Counted from the stretch's first letter, positions 26,768 to 35,602 are shown. The stretch: 44,482 nucleotides of DNA from Limisphaerales bacterium (GCA_046595315.1 JBKJOZ010000220.1:1-44482); one strand, 5' to 3'. Numbers and translations are program-made. Notes: generated by a model from the letters alone, not told the origin.

Positions 26768-28198
26768 ATGCAAAGCGTGACTTTCAACTCAACTTTTGAA
26801 GGTTGGCAAAACGCCGCCCGCGACTTGCTGCGGCAAGGGATCCCGCCGAATGAAATTTTGTGGCGTGAGGCAAATGATGAACCTTCGCTAGAACTTTTTG
26901 ATCCCATGGAAATGCCTGCAACAGAGAAATCTGATTCCACTAATTTTCGAGTTCCAAAAGCATTTTTTAAATTGGCGCGAGCGGTGGTTGATCATTCCGA
27001 TAAAAATAAATGGACGCTGCTCTATCGCATGATCTGGCGACTCACGCACGGCGAGCCGAAACTTTTGGAAGATCCAGTGGATGCCGATGTTATTTCACTC
27101 GCGCATTTGGAAAAGGAAGTCAGCAAAGACGCCTATCGCATGCGAGCCTTTCTCCGCTTTCGCGAAACCCAAATTGAAGCCCAACCGTGGTTTGTCGCGT
27201 GGTACGAGCCAGAACACGACGTGGTCCATTTGAACGAAGCGTTTTTCGTCGATCGGTTTGCCACGATGAGATGGTCCATCCTGACTCCGCAGCGCTGTAT
27301 GCATTGGGATGGTGATTCAGTCAGTTTTTCACCCGGCGTGGATAAATTACATGCGCCCATCAGCGATGATATTGAGCCGCTTTGGATTGCCTACTACTCC
27401 AACATTTTCAATCCGGCTCGGCTCAAACCGCGCGCGATGCAGGCGCAATTACTTAAACGCAATTGGAAAAATTTACCCGAGGCGGCCGTCATAGGACCGC
27501 TCCTGCGCGCCGCGCCGCGCCAGACTTCGGTGATGATCGAGCGGAGCGATTTTCAACGGCCGCGTGAATCTGATTTTTCACTTCCGCAACTTCCCGCACG
27601 CCGCGATTTGGATTCTTTGCGGGACGCGGCGGCAAACTGCCGCGCCTGTCCGTTGTGGCGCAATGCAACCTGCACGGTTTTTGGAGAAGGCCCACGTGAT
27701 GCAAAAATTGTTTTTGTCGGCGAACAGCCGGGCGATCAGGAAGATCGGGTGGGCAAGCCGTTCGTGGGTCCGGCGGGACAAGTTTTTGATCGTGCGCTGG
27801 CCGAGGCGGGCTTAGAGCGATCCCAAACTTACGTCACCAATGCGGTAAAACATTTCAAGTTCGAGCCCCGCGGCAAACGGCGTATTCATAAAACTGCAAA
27901 CGCGCGCGAAATTGCAGCGTGCCGACCGTGGCTTGAATCCGAATTGGATTTAATTCGCCCCGGACTTGTCGTCGCTTTGGGTGGAACGGCGGCGCATTCG
28001 TTGATGGGTTCGCCCGTGAAAATTTTAAAAGAACGCGGCCAGATAATCGAAAACCTTTCCGGTTTTAAGACATTGATCACAGTTCATCCGTCGTCGTTAT
28101 TACGTTTACCGGTGGAGGTTAATTTCGAGGAGCAGTTTGCACGATTCGTCGATGATCTGAAGAAAGTGAATTTGTTTTTCTCCACCAGTGGAAACTGA
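26768..28198 (+). CDS. Fusion protein: N-terminal DUF4130-like 'probable DNA metabolism' domain + C-terminal family-4 uracil-DNA glycosylase domain of UdgX type
   Basis: The C-terminal ~190 aa carry CRACPLW....C (Fe-S ligands), motif A GEQPGDQED, FVGPAG, VTNAVKHFKF, an insertion GKRRIHK (KRRIH at nt 27875-27889), ACRPW, and motif B HPSSLLR. The N-terminal ~280 aa have no catalytic motif I recognise, but they occupy the position of the domain commonly fused or paired with this radical SAM family. Confidence 0.75.
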   Translation: MQSVTFNSTFEGWQNAARDLLRQGIPPNEILWREANDEPSLELFDPMEMPATEKSDSTNFRVPKAFFKLARAVVDHSDKNKWTLLYRMIWRLTHGEPKLLEDPVDADVISLAHLEKEVSKDAYRMRAFLRFRETQIEAQPWFVAWYEPEHDVVHLNEAFFVDRFATMRWSILTPQRCMHWDGDSVSFSPGVDKLHAPISDDIEPLWIAYYSNIFNPARLKPRAMQAQLLKRNWKNLPEAAVIGPLLRAAPRQTSVMIERSDFQRPRESDFSLPQLPARRDLDSLRDAAANCRACPLWRNATCTVFGEGPRDAKIVFVGEQPGDQEDRVGKPFVGPAGQVFDRALAEAGLERSQTYVTNAVKHFKFEPRGKRRIHKTANAREIAACRPWLESELDLIRPGLVVALGGTAAHSLMGSPVKILKERGQIIENLSGFKTLITVHPSSLLRLPVEVNFEEQFARFVDDLKKVNLFFSTSGN

Positions 28199-28262
28199 CG
28201 CGGATTTTAACGACCTCTTTTTTTGAGGAGAAATCGAAAGCGGGGAATGCGCTGGACTGAAA

Positions 28263-28739
28263 TCACAGAAATTCCCACGCACTAAACATCGCGGCTTGAC
28301 CAGAAGGTTGGCCATTTTCGGAAATCAAATTCCAGACTGTGGCGCGGGCGATACGAAAGCGCCGTCCACTTTTCGAAATGCGCACACCGGAATAATTGTC
28401 AATGAAACCTTGTTGCGTGACTTCGGCGAGCAGGCGCGCGCGTTCTTCGCGGTTGGGTGCTTCGGCAGTAAAGCGCGACGGCGTTTGCGTGAGTTCATCC
28501 CACGACATCTCCCAGAGATCGAGAGCCGAACGATTTCCGTAATTCAGAACCGGATCGGCTTCAGTTCCATGCGAGACGAGCACGAACGGTGCTTCAAAAA
28601 GTTTCCGGGAAAGTTCCAGTGGAGTTGAAATTCCCGGCAACAATTCGCGCCCCGTCCACTGTTTCAAACTGCGGGAAAGACATACAGAGTGCGCGATTAC
28701 GAAATCCGTTTTCCAAATCAAATTTTCTTCAGATGACAT
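28263..28739 (-). CDS. MEKHLA (PAS-like) domain protein
   Basis: 158 aa. PFVLVSHGTEADPVLNYGNRSALDLWEMSWDELTQTPSRFTAE....ERARLL..V...GFIDNYSGVRISKSGRRF.I..ATVWNL matches the stand-alone bacterial MEKHLA pattern. Confidence 0.55.
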   Translation of the reverse strand: MSSEENLIWKTDFVIAHSVCLSRSLKQWTGRELLPGISTPLELSRKLFEAPFVLVSHGTEADPVLNYGNRSALDLWEMSWDELTQTPSRFTAEAPNREERARLLAEVTQQGFIDNYSGVRISKSGRRFRIARATVWNLISENGQPSGQAAMFSAWEFL

Positions 28740-28795
28740 GCTGCGCGAAGATGAAGTTTTGATTTCGAAAACGCAACCGCCATGGCAAAAGGAAA

Positions 28796-29617
28796 TTATC
28801 GCGCTCGCGTTTTTTCAAATTCGGCGACGGCTTTCGGCATGAACAACTGCAGTTGTTCGATGCGCGATCGGTTCGATGGATGGGTCGAGGCGAATTCGGG
28901 CGGTTGACTTCCGCCCGCTTCACTCATTCGTTCCCAAAACGGGATGCTTTCGCGGGGGTCGTAGCCAGCGCGCGCCATGTAGATCAGCCCCATCTGATCG
29001 GCTTCCGTTTCGTGGTCGCGACTGAAGGGAAGAAGCACCCCGAATTGGGCGCCGGCGCCGAGAGCCGCCATCACCGCTTGTCGCTGTTGATAATCCATGT
29101 CGCCCATTGAAAACTGTGCACCCATCATCAAGGTTTGGGTCAGGCTGCTGCGGAGCAAACGTTGCGAACCGTGCCGCGCAATCGCGTGCGCCATCTCGTG
29201 ACCCATCACTGCCGCCAGGCCCGCTTCGGTTTTTGTGAATGGCAAGATGCCTGTGAACACGGCAATTTTTCCGCCCGGTAAACAAAAGGCGTTCGCTTGC
29301 TCGCTGCGAATCAAAGCCACTTGCCAATCGAAATTTTTCGCGGCATCGCCGGTTGCGCTCGCGAGTTTTTGTGCGACGCCTCGCACGAGTTCGTAATCGG
29401 GCCCGTTGTTAATCGTCTCCGATTGTGACAACACTTCTTTAAAACTTTGCAGGCCGAGCGTCGCTTCCTGTTCGGTGGAAAGGGCGACGCGAACTTTTTT
29501 ACCCGTTTCGGGATTCACTACTTTTTCCGCATTAAAATATTGAAAAAGCATCACCAGGGCAGCGATGGCCAGCGGCAGGAAAAAAATTCGGCGACGACGC
29601 ATAAGATTTGCATCCAA
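28796..29617 (-). CDS. M48 family zinc metallopeptidase (LoiP/YcaL-like), membrane-anchored or secreted
   Basis: HEMAHAIARH (HE..H), a downstream E...D (HETEADQMG), and an N-terminal hydrophobic anchor RRRRIFFLPLAIAALVMLF. Confidence 0.75.
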   Translation of the reverse strand: MDANLMRRRRIFFLPLAIAALVMLFQYFNAEKVVNPETGKKVRVALSTEQEATLGLQSFKEVLSQSETINNGPDYELVRGVAQKLASATGDAAKNFDWQVALIRSEQANAFCLPGGKIAVFTGILPFTKTEAGLAAVMGHEMAHAIARHGSQRLLRSSLTQTLMMGAQFSMGDMDYQQRQAVMAALGAGAQFGVLLPFSRDHETEADQMGLIYMARAGYDPRESIPFWERMSEAGGSQPPEFASTHPSNRSRIEQLQLFMPKAVAEFEKTRAR

Positions 29618-29775
29618 CTAACAGCGGGAGTTGCAAAAATTCAATCGGTGGAAAGGAGAATGAGTGCACTGGGTGAATCCGGAGGTTCTACTTCGAGTTA
29701 TAGTGGAGCTGAATTGTTCGGATAAAAGAAATTGAAAAGGGAGTCATTCCCGGTGTTCTCTTTTGCAGTAGTAAA

Positions 29776-31176
29776 ATGAGCATGATGCAAAATTCATTGT
29801 TGGCTGGCACAGGACGGCGCGGGATTAACCCGCCATCCAATATCGCGCACGGCGGCTGGGGCGCGCAGAAACACGAACAGGCCGAGGGTATTGACATGGA
29901 GTTGTGGGTCACCGCGCTGGCGTTGTCCGATGGAAAAACCGCCACGCTCGTGCTGGATATTGATATCCAAATTCTCACCAACCGCCGCGCTGACCAGATT
30001 CGCGCGGCGGTCAGCGTGGCGACGGGGGTTCCAATTTTAAACATTCGCGCCTCTGCGACGCACACTCACTCCGGTCCGGTACCCTACAAAAGTTGGATTG
30101 AAAAAGGATTTGAATTGGTCGAGCCGTGGTTCGCCGAAGTGGCGCGGCGGTCAGCGGAAGCGGCGCAGGAAGCAATGGGAAATTTGCAGGCCGTGGAAGT
30201 CCGGGGAGGGCGGGGCGAATGTTTGATCAATGTCAATCGCCGCGCCGTTACAGATCAGGGCGAGCAATTTCTCGGAATCAATTCTAAAGGCACAAGCGAC
30301 CATGAAGTTTTGGTGGTGAAGTTGGATTCCCTCGACGGAAAATCTGTTGCCACACTGGTGAATTTCGCCTGTCACCCCACCGTGATGGGGCCGCTCAATC
30401 GATTGATCACACCCGACTATCCCGGTGCCATGAAACGCGTCGTCGAAGAATCGCTCGGCGGCAAATGCGTTTTTTTGCAAGGCGCGGCGGGGGATCAGGG
30501 GCCGGTGCAAGGGTTTCAAGCCGACCCGAAAGTCTATCAGCAACTCGGCAAAGTCCTCGGGCATGAAGTGGTTAAAGTGGCGTTGAGTTTGACCACGATT
30601 CCTTCGAACCAAATTTTTCGGGAGATTGTTCCCTCCGGCGCGCCGTTGGGAAAATATGATTGCCGGTTTGATTGCATGAACGCGCTGCCACTGCGTGTTA
30701 TCGAGAAAGAAATTTTTGTCCCTTTGCGCGAAAGTTTGCCGGAGAAAAAATCGGCGACGGAAAAATTGGATCACTGGAAAATACAGTTGCAGGAGGCGCG
30801 GGCTAGAAATGATGACGCTGCCATCACGGAAGCGATTTACATGGCGCGCCGCGCGGACATCCAGTTGCGCATGGCGGATGATTTCGGAGGGAAAACTTCC
30901 GCGGGTGTGCGAACGCATTTCATTTGCTTCGGTGACGTGGCGCTGATCGGCTGCAACATCGAGCCCTTTGCTAAAACCGGTTTGGCGATTAAAGCGCAAT
31001 CGCCCTTCGCGATCACTTTTTTCTCGGGCTACACGAATGGTCGCCTCGCCTACCTGGCTACGCCCGACGAGTGGACGAAAGGCGGTTACGAAGTGGAAAA
31101 CTCACCTTTCGGCCAGGAAGCGGCAGCGGTTCTGGAAACGGAAATACTGCAAACGTTACGCGATTTGCGACGGTAG
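29776..31176 (+). CDS. Neutral/alkaline ceramidase N-terminal-domain-like hydrolase
   Basis: GINPP...GGWG....AEGIDMELWVTALAL.DG..ATLVLDIDI ... ASATHTHSGP follows the pattern of the non-lysosomal ceramidase N-domain (..aGY....a.Gi.d.L.aRA.vl ... saTHTHsgP). Confidence 0.5.
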   Translation: MSMMQNSLLAGTGRRGINPPSNIAHGGWGAQKHEQAEGIDMELWVTALALSDGKTATLVLDIDIQILTNRRADQIRAAVSVATGVPILNIRASATHTHSGPVPYKSWIEKGFELVEPWFAEVARRSAEAAQEAMGNLQAVEVRGGRGECLINVNRRAVTDQGEQFLGINSKGTSDHEVLVVKLDSLDGKSVATLVNFACHPTVMGPLNRLITPDYPGAMKRVVEESLGGKCVFLQGAAGDQGPVQGFQADPKVYQQLGKVLGHEVVKVALSLTTIPSNQIFREIVPSGAPLGKYDCRFDCMNALPLRVIEKEIFVPLRESLPEKKSATEKLDHWKIQLQEARARNDDAAITEAIYMARRADIQLRMADDFGGKTSAGVRTHFICFGDVALIGCNIEPFAKTGLAIKAQSPFAITFFSGYTNGRLAYLATPDEWTKGGYEVENSPFGQEAAAVLETEILQTLRDLRR

Positions 31177-31257
31177 TTCGCACTCGAGAGCAATGGGTTC
31201 AAGGACGGCACGCCACTTTTCAGTAGGCATTTCATCTCGCGCTGATAAATTCGCGCC

Positions 31258-31740
31258 ATGCGAACGGTGATTTATCCCGGCAGTTTCGATCCGCTGACCA
31301 ACGGCCATCTCGATGTCATCCAGCGGGCGATAAAACTTTTTGACAAAGTTATCGTCGCCGTCGCACAAAATGAGAGCAAACAACCGCTGTTCAATTTGGA
31401 GGAACGCGTCGCGTTGGCCAAACAAGCGATTGGCCATCTGCCGCAAGTCGAAGTCGATTCGTTTGACGGACTTTTGGTTAATTATGTTGAAAGTCGTGGT
31501 GGTCAGGCGGTGGTTCGTGGACTGCGGGCTATTTCCGACTTTGAATTTGAATTTCAACTCGCACTGATGAATCGTAAATTGAACGAACGCGTTGAAACTA
31601 TTTTCATGATGCCCAAGGATACTTATACTTTTCTCAGTTCGCGCATCGTTAAGGAAATCGCGCGTTTGGGAGGCGATGTCAGTTCGTTCGTTCCGGCGCA
31701 CGTGCAGACCGCGTTGAAAACAAAGTTGAGCAAGTCGTAA
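31258..31740 (+). CDS. coaD: Phosphopantetheine adenylyltransferase
   Basis: VIYPGSFDPLTNGHLDVIQRA (T/H.GH nucleotidyltransferase motif), VRGLRAISDFEFEFQLALMN and ISSRIVKEI. 160 aa. Confidence 0.9.
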   Translation: MRTVIYPGSFDPLTNGHLDVIQRAIKLFDKVIVAVAQNESKQPLFNLEERVALAKQAIGHLPQVEVDSFDGLLVNYVESRGGQAVVRGLRAISDFEFEFQLALMNRKLNERVETIFMMPKDTYTFLSSRIVKEIARLGGDVSSFVPAHVQTALKTKLSKS

Positions 31741-31778
31741 CGGCGGATGTCTGAACTTGAGTAAAAGGAGATTTGTTT

Positions 31779-32267
31779 ATGCCTCTAATCGTCAACCTTC
31801 GCCACCTGGAGCACAAAAATCTCGAACTTAAGGGAGAATTGCCTGCCGCTGATTTGGAGCTGGATCAGTTGGACGAACTGATTCACGCGCCTCATCCCCT
31901 ACAATACGACCTGGAAGCGCAACGATTGGAAAACGATTTGTTGGTGCGGGGGAATTTACATTTGACGCTGGAATGCGACTGCGCCCGCTGCTTGAAACCG
32001 TTTCAACGTGAGCTGGATTTCGAGCAGTGGGCCGTTCATTTGCCTTTAACCGGTGAGGAGAAAATAGCGACAGTCAGCGATTCCGTGGACTTGACGCCTT
32101 ATATTCGCGAAGATATTCTTTTGGCCTTTCCGCAACATCCGTTGTGCGAGAGTGAGTGCGGGGGATTGAAAAATCCGCCAGTATCCGGAGCAAAAGGCTC
32201 AAACGGTGCCGATCAGATCGAGGAAATTTCGTCTGCGTGGTCCGAATTAAATAAACTGAAATTGTAA
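31779..32267 (+). CDS. yceD: YceD/DUF177 family protein (large-subunit rRNA accumulation protein)
   Basis: It sits immediately upstream of rpmF. C.RCL ... C.ESC cysteine pairs are typical of DUF177. I prefer the ATG at 31779 over the TTG at 31773 because AAGGAG lies 8 nt upstream (31765-31770). Confidence 0.7.
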   Translation: MPLIVNLRHLEHKNLELKGELPAADLELDQLDELIHAPHPLQYDLEAQRLENDLLVRGNLHLTLECDCARCLKPFQRELDFEQWAVHLPLTGEEKIATVSDSVDLTPYIREDILLAFPQHPLCESECGGLKNPPVSGAKGSNGADQIEEISSAWSELNKLKL

Positions 32268-32271
32268 AATT

Positions 32272-32460
32272 ATGGGTGTTCCCAAACGTAAACCATCACG
32301 AAGCCGCCAGCGCATGCGCCGAGCGTACAACAGTGTTTTGAAACTGCCGCAATTGAGCATTTGCCCTCAATGTGCCGCCCCAGCCGTACCGCATCGGGTT
32401 TGCCCAGCGTGCGGTTTTTACAAAGGTCGTCAGGTCAAAACAGTCCAAGCCACGGCTTAA
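32272..32460 (+). CDS. rpmF: 50S ribosomal protein L32
   Basis: MGVPKRKPSRSRQRMRRAY... with C.QC....H..C..CG zinc ribbon. 62 aa. Confidence 0.9.
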   Translation: MGVPKRKPSRSRQRMRRAYNSVLKLPQLSICPQCAAPAVPHRVCPACGFYKGRQVKTVQATA

Positions 32461-32513
32461 TTCGTTTTTAGGGAGCGCGGAGCGGAATTTTTCCTTCTGC
32501 GCTCTTTCTATTT

Positions 32514-33554
32514 ATGCGAATCGCAGTCGATGTCATGGGTGGCGACCACGGAAGCGGGGTTGTCATCGATGGGGTCAAACTCGCATTGCAAGCCAATGCG
32601 AAAATCAGCGAGCTGTTTCTCGTCGGCAAGCAAGACGAAATTCAGGCTGGGCTTACTCGCGCCCAACTCCAGGATTCCCGCATTCAAATCGTCCACGCCT
32701 CCGAAGTTCTCACCATGGAGGATAAACCGGTCGAAGGCCTGAAGAAGAAAAAGGATTGTTCCATTCTTCGCGCCGTTGACTTGGTCAAAGAAAAAAAAGC
32801 GGACGCCATCATTTCCCAAGGCAACACCGGTGGAATTGTGGCCGCGTCCCACATTCGCCTTCGCCCGTTGGAAGGTGTGGAGCGTCCCGCCATTGCCATT
32901 GTCATGCCACGCGTCAAAGGTGAATGGCTCTTGCTGGACGGCGGTGCAAATTCTGAAACGACACCTGTTCAATTGGCGCAAAGCGCTGTGATGGGAAGCG
33001 CTTATTACAAAACGATGCTTGGAAATTCATCTCCACGCGTTGGCATTTTGAGTAATGGTTCGGAAGACATCAAAGGCAACGAACTCACCCGCGCCGCTCT
33101 GGCGCTTTGCCGAAAGCTTGATTTGAATTTTATTGGATACGTCGAAGGTCCAGACATGTTTCAGGGGAACGTCGAAGTGGTCGTTGCCGATGGTTTTGTG
33201 GGCAACATCGTTTTAAAAACCGTTGAAGGCATGGGCAAAGCCATTCAGGAAATTTTGAAGTCGGAACTAACCGCAACTCCCCTGCGGAAGCTGGGGGCGT
33301 TTTTGGCGCAAAACGGTTTACGTGGCTTAAAACGACGGATGAATCCGGAAGCTTACGGCGGAGCTCAAGTGCTTGGCTTGAATGGAAACGTGATCAAAGT
33401 TCACGGCTCGGCCAAAGCGGTAATTATTGCCAATGCGGTTCGACAGACTGCCACTGCTTTTTCGACCAACTTGAATCAGTTGATTATTACGGAAATGGCC
33501 AAGGCAAACCAACGGCTCGAAGAAGATAAACCCACCGGACAGGTTCGAACATGA
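32514..33554 (+). CDS. plsX: Phosphate acyltransferase PlsX
   Basis: MRIAVDVMGGDHGS, GNTGG, LLDGGAN and VVADGFVGNIVLK, in the conserved position between rpmF and fabH. Confidence 0.9.
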   Translation: MRIAVDVMGGDHGSGVVIDGVKLALQANAKISELFLVGKQDEIQAGLTRAQLQDSRIQIVHASEVLTMEDKPVEGLKKKKDCSILRAVDLVKEKKADAIISQGNTGGIVAASHIRLRPLEGVERPAIAIVMPRVKGEWLLLDGGANSETTPVQLAQSAVMGSAYYKTMLGNSSPRVGILSNGSEDIKGNELTRAALALCRKLDLNFIGYVEGPDMFQGNVEVVVADGFVGNIVLKTVEGMGKAIQEILKSELTATPLRKLGAFLAQNGLRGLKRRMNPEAYGGAQVLGLNGNVIKVHGSAKAVIIANAVRQTATAFSTNLNQLIITEMAKANQRLEEDKPTGQVRT

Positions 33555-34585
33555 GCCCCACGAGAAAAAAATTTAAAAATCCACGCGCTCAACATAATTT
33601 CGAGGGGCGCACCTGCTCCATTACCGCAGTGGGTTCCTATGTCCCGGAGCGGGTGATGACCAACGCTGAGCTGGAAAAGTTGGTGGACACTTCCGACGAA
33701 TGGATCACGTCGCGAACCGGGATCAAAGAACGCCGCATTGCCGCCGCCGACGAATTTACTTCCGACCTCGCCGCAAAAGCGGCCTTGCGCGCCATGGAGC
33801 GGGCTAAAATTACCGCCGATCAAATTGATTTAATCATCGTCGCAACCATCACGCCCGACATGCCATTTCCGTCCACGTCGTGCCTGGTTCAACAAAAAAT
33901 TGGCGCACGGCGCGCGGCGGCGTTCGACATCGAAGCGGCCTGTTCAGGATTTATTTTCGGTTTGGAAATTGGCCAGCAATTTATTATGTCGCGCACTTAC
34001 GAGACAGTGCTCGTCATCGGCGCAGAAAAACTTTCCTCCATCGTCAATTGGAAAGACCGCAACACCTGCGTGCTTTTCGGCGACGGAGCAGGCGCGGCCA
34101 TTCTGCAACACCGCCCACAAGCGCACGGTTTGTTGACGGCTTGCATGGGTTCAGACGGTGCAAAAGCTGATTTGCTTTCTATGCCGGGCGGTGGCAGTCG
34201 CTGTCCCGCGACCACGGAATCGGTTGCAGCGGGTCACCATCATTTGCGCATGGACGGCAAAGAAACGTTTAAGAGCGCGGTGAATGCAATGTACACCGCC
34301 GCGCAGGAAGCGATGCGCCGTTGCGAAATTGATATTTCCCAAATCAAATGCGTCATCCCGCATCAGGCCAATCGCCGGATCATTGACGCCGTGGGTGAAC
34401 GGTTGGGGGTCACTCCAGACCAGGTTTTCGTCAACCTGGAAAAATACGGAAACACCTCTGCGGCTTCCGTGGCAATTGCTTTGGATGAAGCAGTGGCCGC
34501 CGGAAAAATTAATCGTGGAGATCTTGTGTTGCTCGTAGTCTTTGGCGCCGGTCTGACATGGGGCGCAGCCGTAATTGAATGGTAA
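33551..34585 (+). CDS. fabH: Beta-ketoacyl-ACP synthase III
   Basis: SDEWITSRTGIKERRIA, active-site Cys in EAACSGF, HQANRRII, and GNTSAASV (Asn). The start overlaps the plsX stop as ATGA. Confidence 0.9.
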   Translation: MSPTRKKFKNPRAQHNFEGRTCSITAVGSYVPERVMTNAELEKLVDTSDEWITSRTGIKERRIAAADEFTSDLAAKAALRAMERAKITADQIDLIIVATITPDMPFPSTSCLVQQKIGARRAAAFDIEAACSGFIFGLEIGQQFIMSRTYETVLVIGAEKLSSIVNWKDRNTCVLFGDGAGAAILQHRPQAHGLLTACMGSDGAKADLLSMPGGGSRCPATTESVAAGHHHLRMDGKETFKSAVNAMYTAAQEAMRRCEIDISQIKCVIPHQANRRIIDAVGERLGVTPDQVFVNLEKYGNTSAASVAIALDEAVAAGKINRGDLVLLVVFGAGLTWGAAVIEW

Positions 34586-34631
34586 AAAAATTGGACGCAC
34601 GAATAAACAGTGCTAAAATTTTAATACTAAT

Positions 34632-34940
34632 ATGAGCGCTAGAAAAATCGAACTCACTCCATTGATACCCACAGTTCCGCAAGGCCAAATGCGCCTCACG
34701 CTTTCTGCCAGTGCGGTAAAAGTCCGAAAAAGCGGTATCGAATTTCGCACCGTCAGTGCCATTCCCGCCTGGACCGAGCTATCCCTTGATTTGCAGTATC
34801 CCGACGCCAAAAAAGTTCATTGCACCGGCGTCGTTGTGGCATGCAACGGCAATCGCCATTCCGGTTACTGTGTTTCCCTTTTGTTCACCCGGCTTTCACG
34901 CCAATCGCAGGCTCGTTTAAGTTCCCTCGCTTATTCCTAA
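34632..34940 (+). CDS. Small hypothetical protein, possibly a degenerate PilZ-like beta-barrel
   Basis: 102 aa. VKVRKSGIEFRT....P.WTELSLDLQYPD.KKVHCTGVVVAC......GYCVSLLF..LS follows the hydrophobic pattern of PilZ domains but lacks the canonical R...R and D/N.S..G motifs. Its TAA shares one nt with the next ATG (TAATG). Confidence 0.3.
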   Translation: MSARKIELTPLIPTVPQGQMRLTLSASAVKVRKSGIEFRTVSAIPAWTELSLDLQYPDAKKVHCTGVVVACNGNRHSGYCVSLLFTRLSRQSQARLSSLAYS

Positions 34941-35602
34941 TGCGCGGCGCTCGTGTCTATCCAGATCGCCGCCAATTTTTGGCAAAACTTGCGCTGGCGA
35001 CGGTGTTTCTCAATGTCCTCGGCGCCTTTGCCGAAGAATTAATTCGCACTCCTCGCCAAACTGAAGGCCCATTTTATCCCAACAAACTTCCGCTCGACAC
35101 CGATAATGATTTGATTGTCGTCAACGACGCGATCACTCCAGCCGCAGGCGAAATTACATATTTGAGCGGACGAATTCTCGATGCGCGTGGCGAACCGATG
35201 CGTAATGCGCTGGTCGAAATTTGGCAGACGGACAAAAACGGTATTTATCTCCATAGCGATAGCGATAATCGTAAAAAGCGCGACCGTAATTTCCAGGGAT
35301 TTGGTCGGTTTCTCACCGGCACAACGGGTGAATATCTCTTTCGCACGATCAAACCGGTCGCTTATCCGGGTCGCACGCCACACATTCATTTCGCAGTAAA
35401 ATTCAAAGGAGAGGAAAAATTCACTACCCAATGTTACATCGCGGGCGAACCTCAAAACGAACGCGACGGAGTGCTCAACGGCATTAAAAATCCGAAAGCG
35501 AAAAAGTCGGTAATCATTCCGTTCCTCCCGATGAAAAATGCGAACGCCGGTGAACTGGCCGCACGTTTTGACATAGTCCTCGGGTTCACTCCACCCGCCT
35601 GA
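34940..35602 (+). CDS. Tat-exported intradiol ring-cleavage dioxygenase-like protein
   Basis: I chose the start at M41 of the track ORF. DRRQFLAKLALATVF is a twin-arginine signal. TEGPFYP, GRILDARGEPMRNALVEIWQTDKNGIY and YPGRTPHIHF follow the protocatechuate/catechol intradiol dioxygenase core pattern. Confidence 0.65.
   Translation: MRGARVYPDRRQFLAKLALATVFLNVLGAFAEELIRTPRQTEGPFYPNKLPLDTDNDLIVVNDAITPAAGEITYLSGRILDARGEPMRNALVEIWQTDKNGIYLHSDSDNRKKRDRNFQGFGRFLTGTTGEYLFRTIKPVAYPGRTPHIHFAVKFKGEEKFTTQCYIAGEPQNERDGVLNGIKNPKAKKSVIIPFLPMKNANAGELAARFDIVLGFTPPA

Noticed and set aside
31258-34585. The coaD and yceD-rpmF-plsX-fabH block, checked for anomalies such as missing fabD/fabG/acpP downstream.
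   Set aside because: The gene order up to fabH is the common conserved arrangement. The absence of the downstream fab genes at this locus is frequent in many phyla and not informative.
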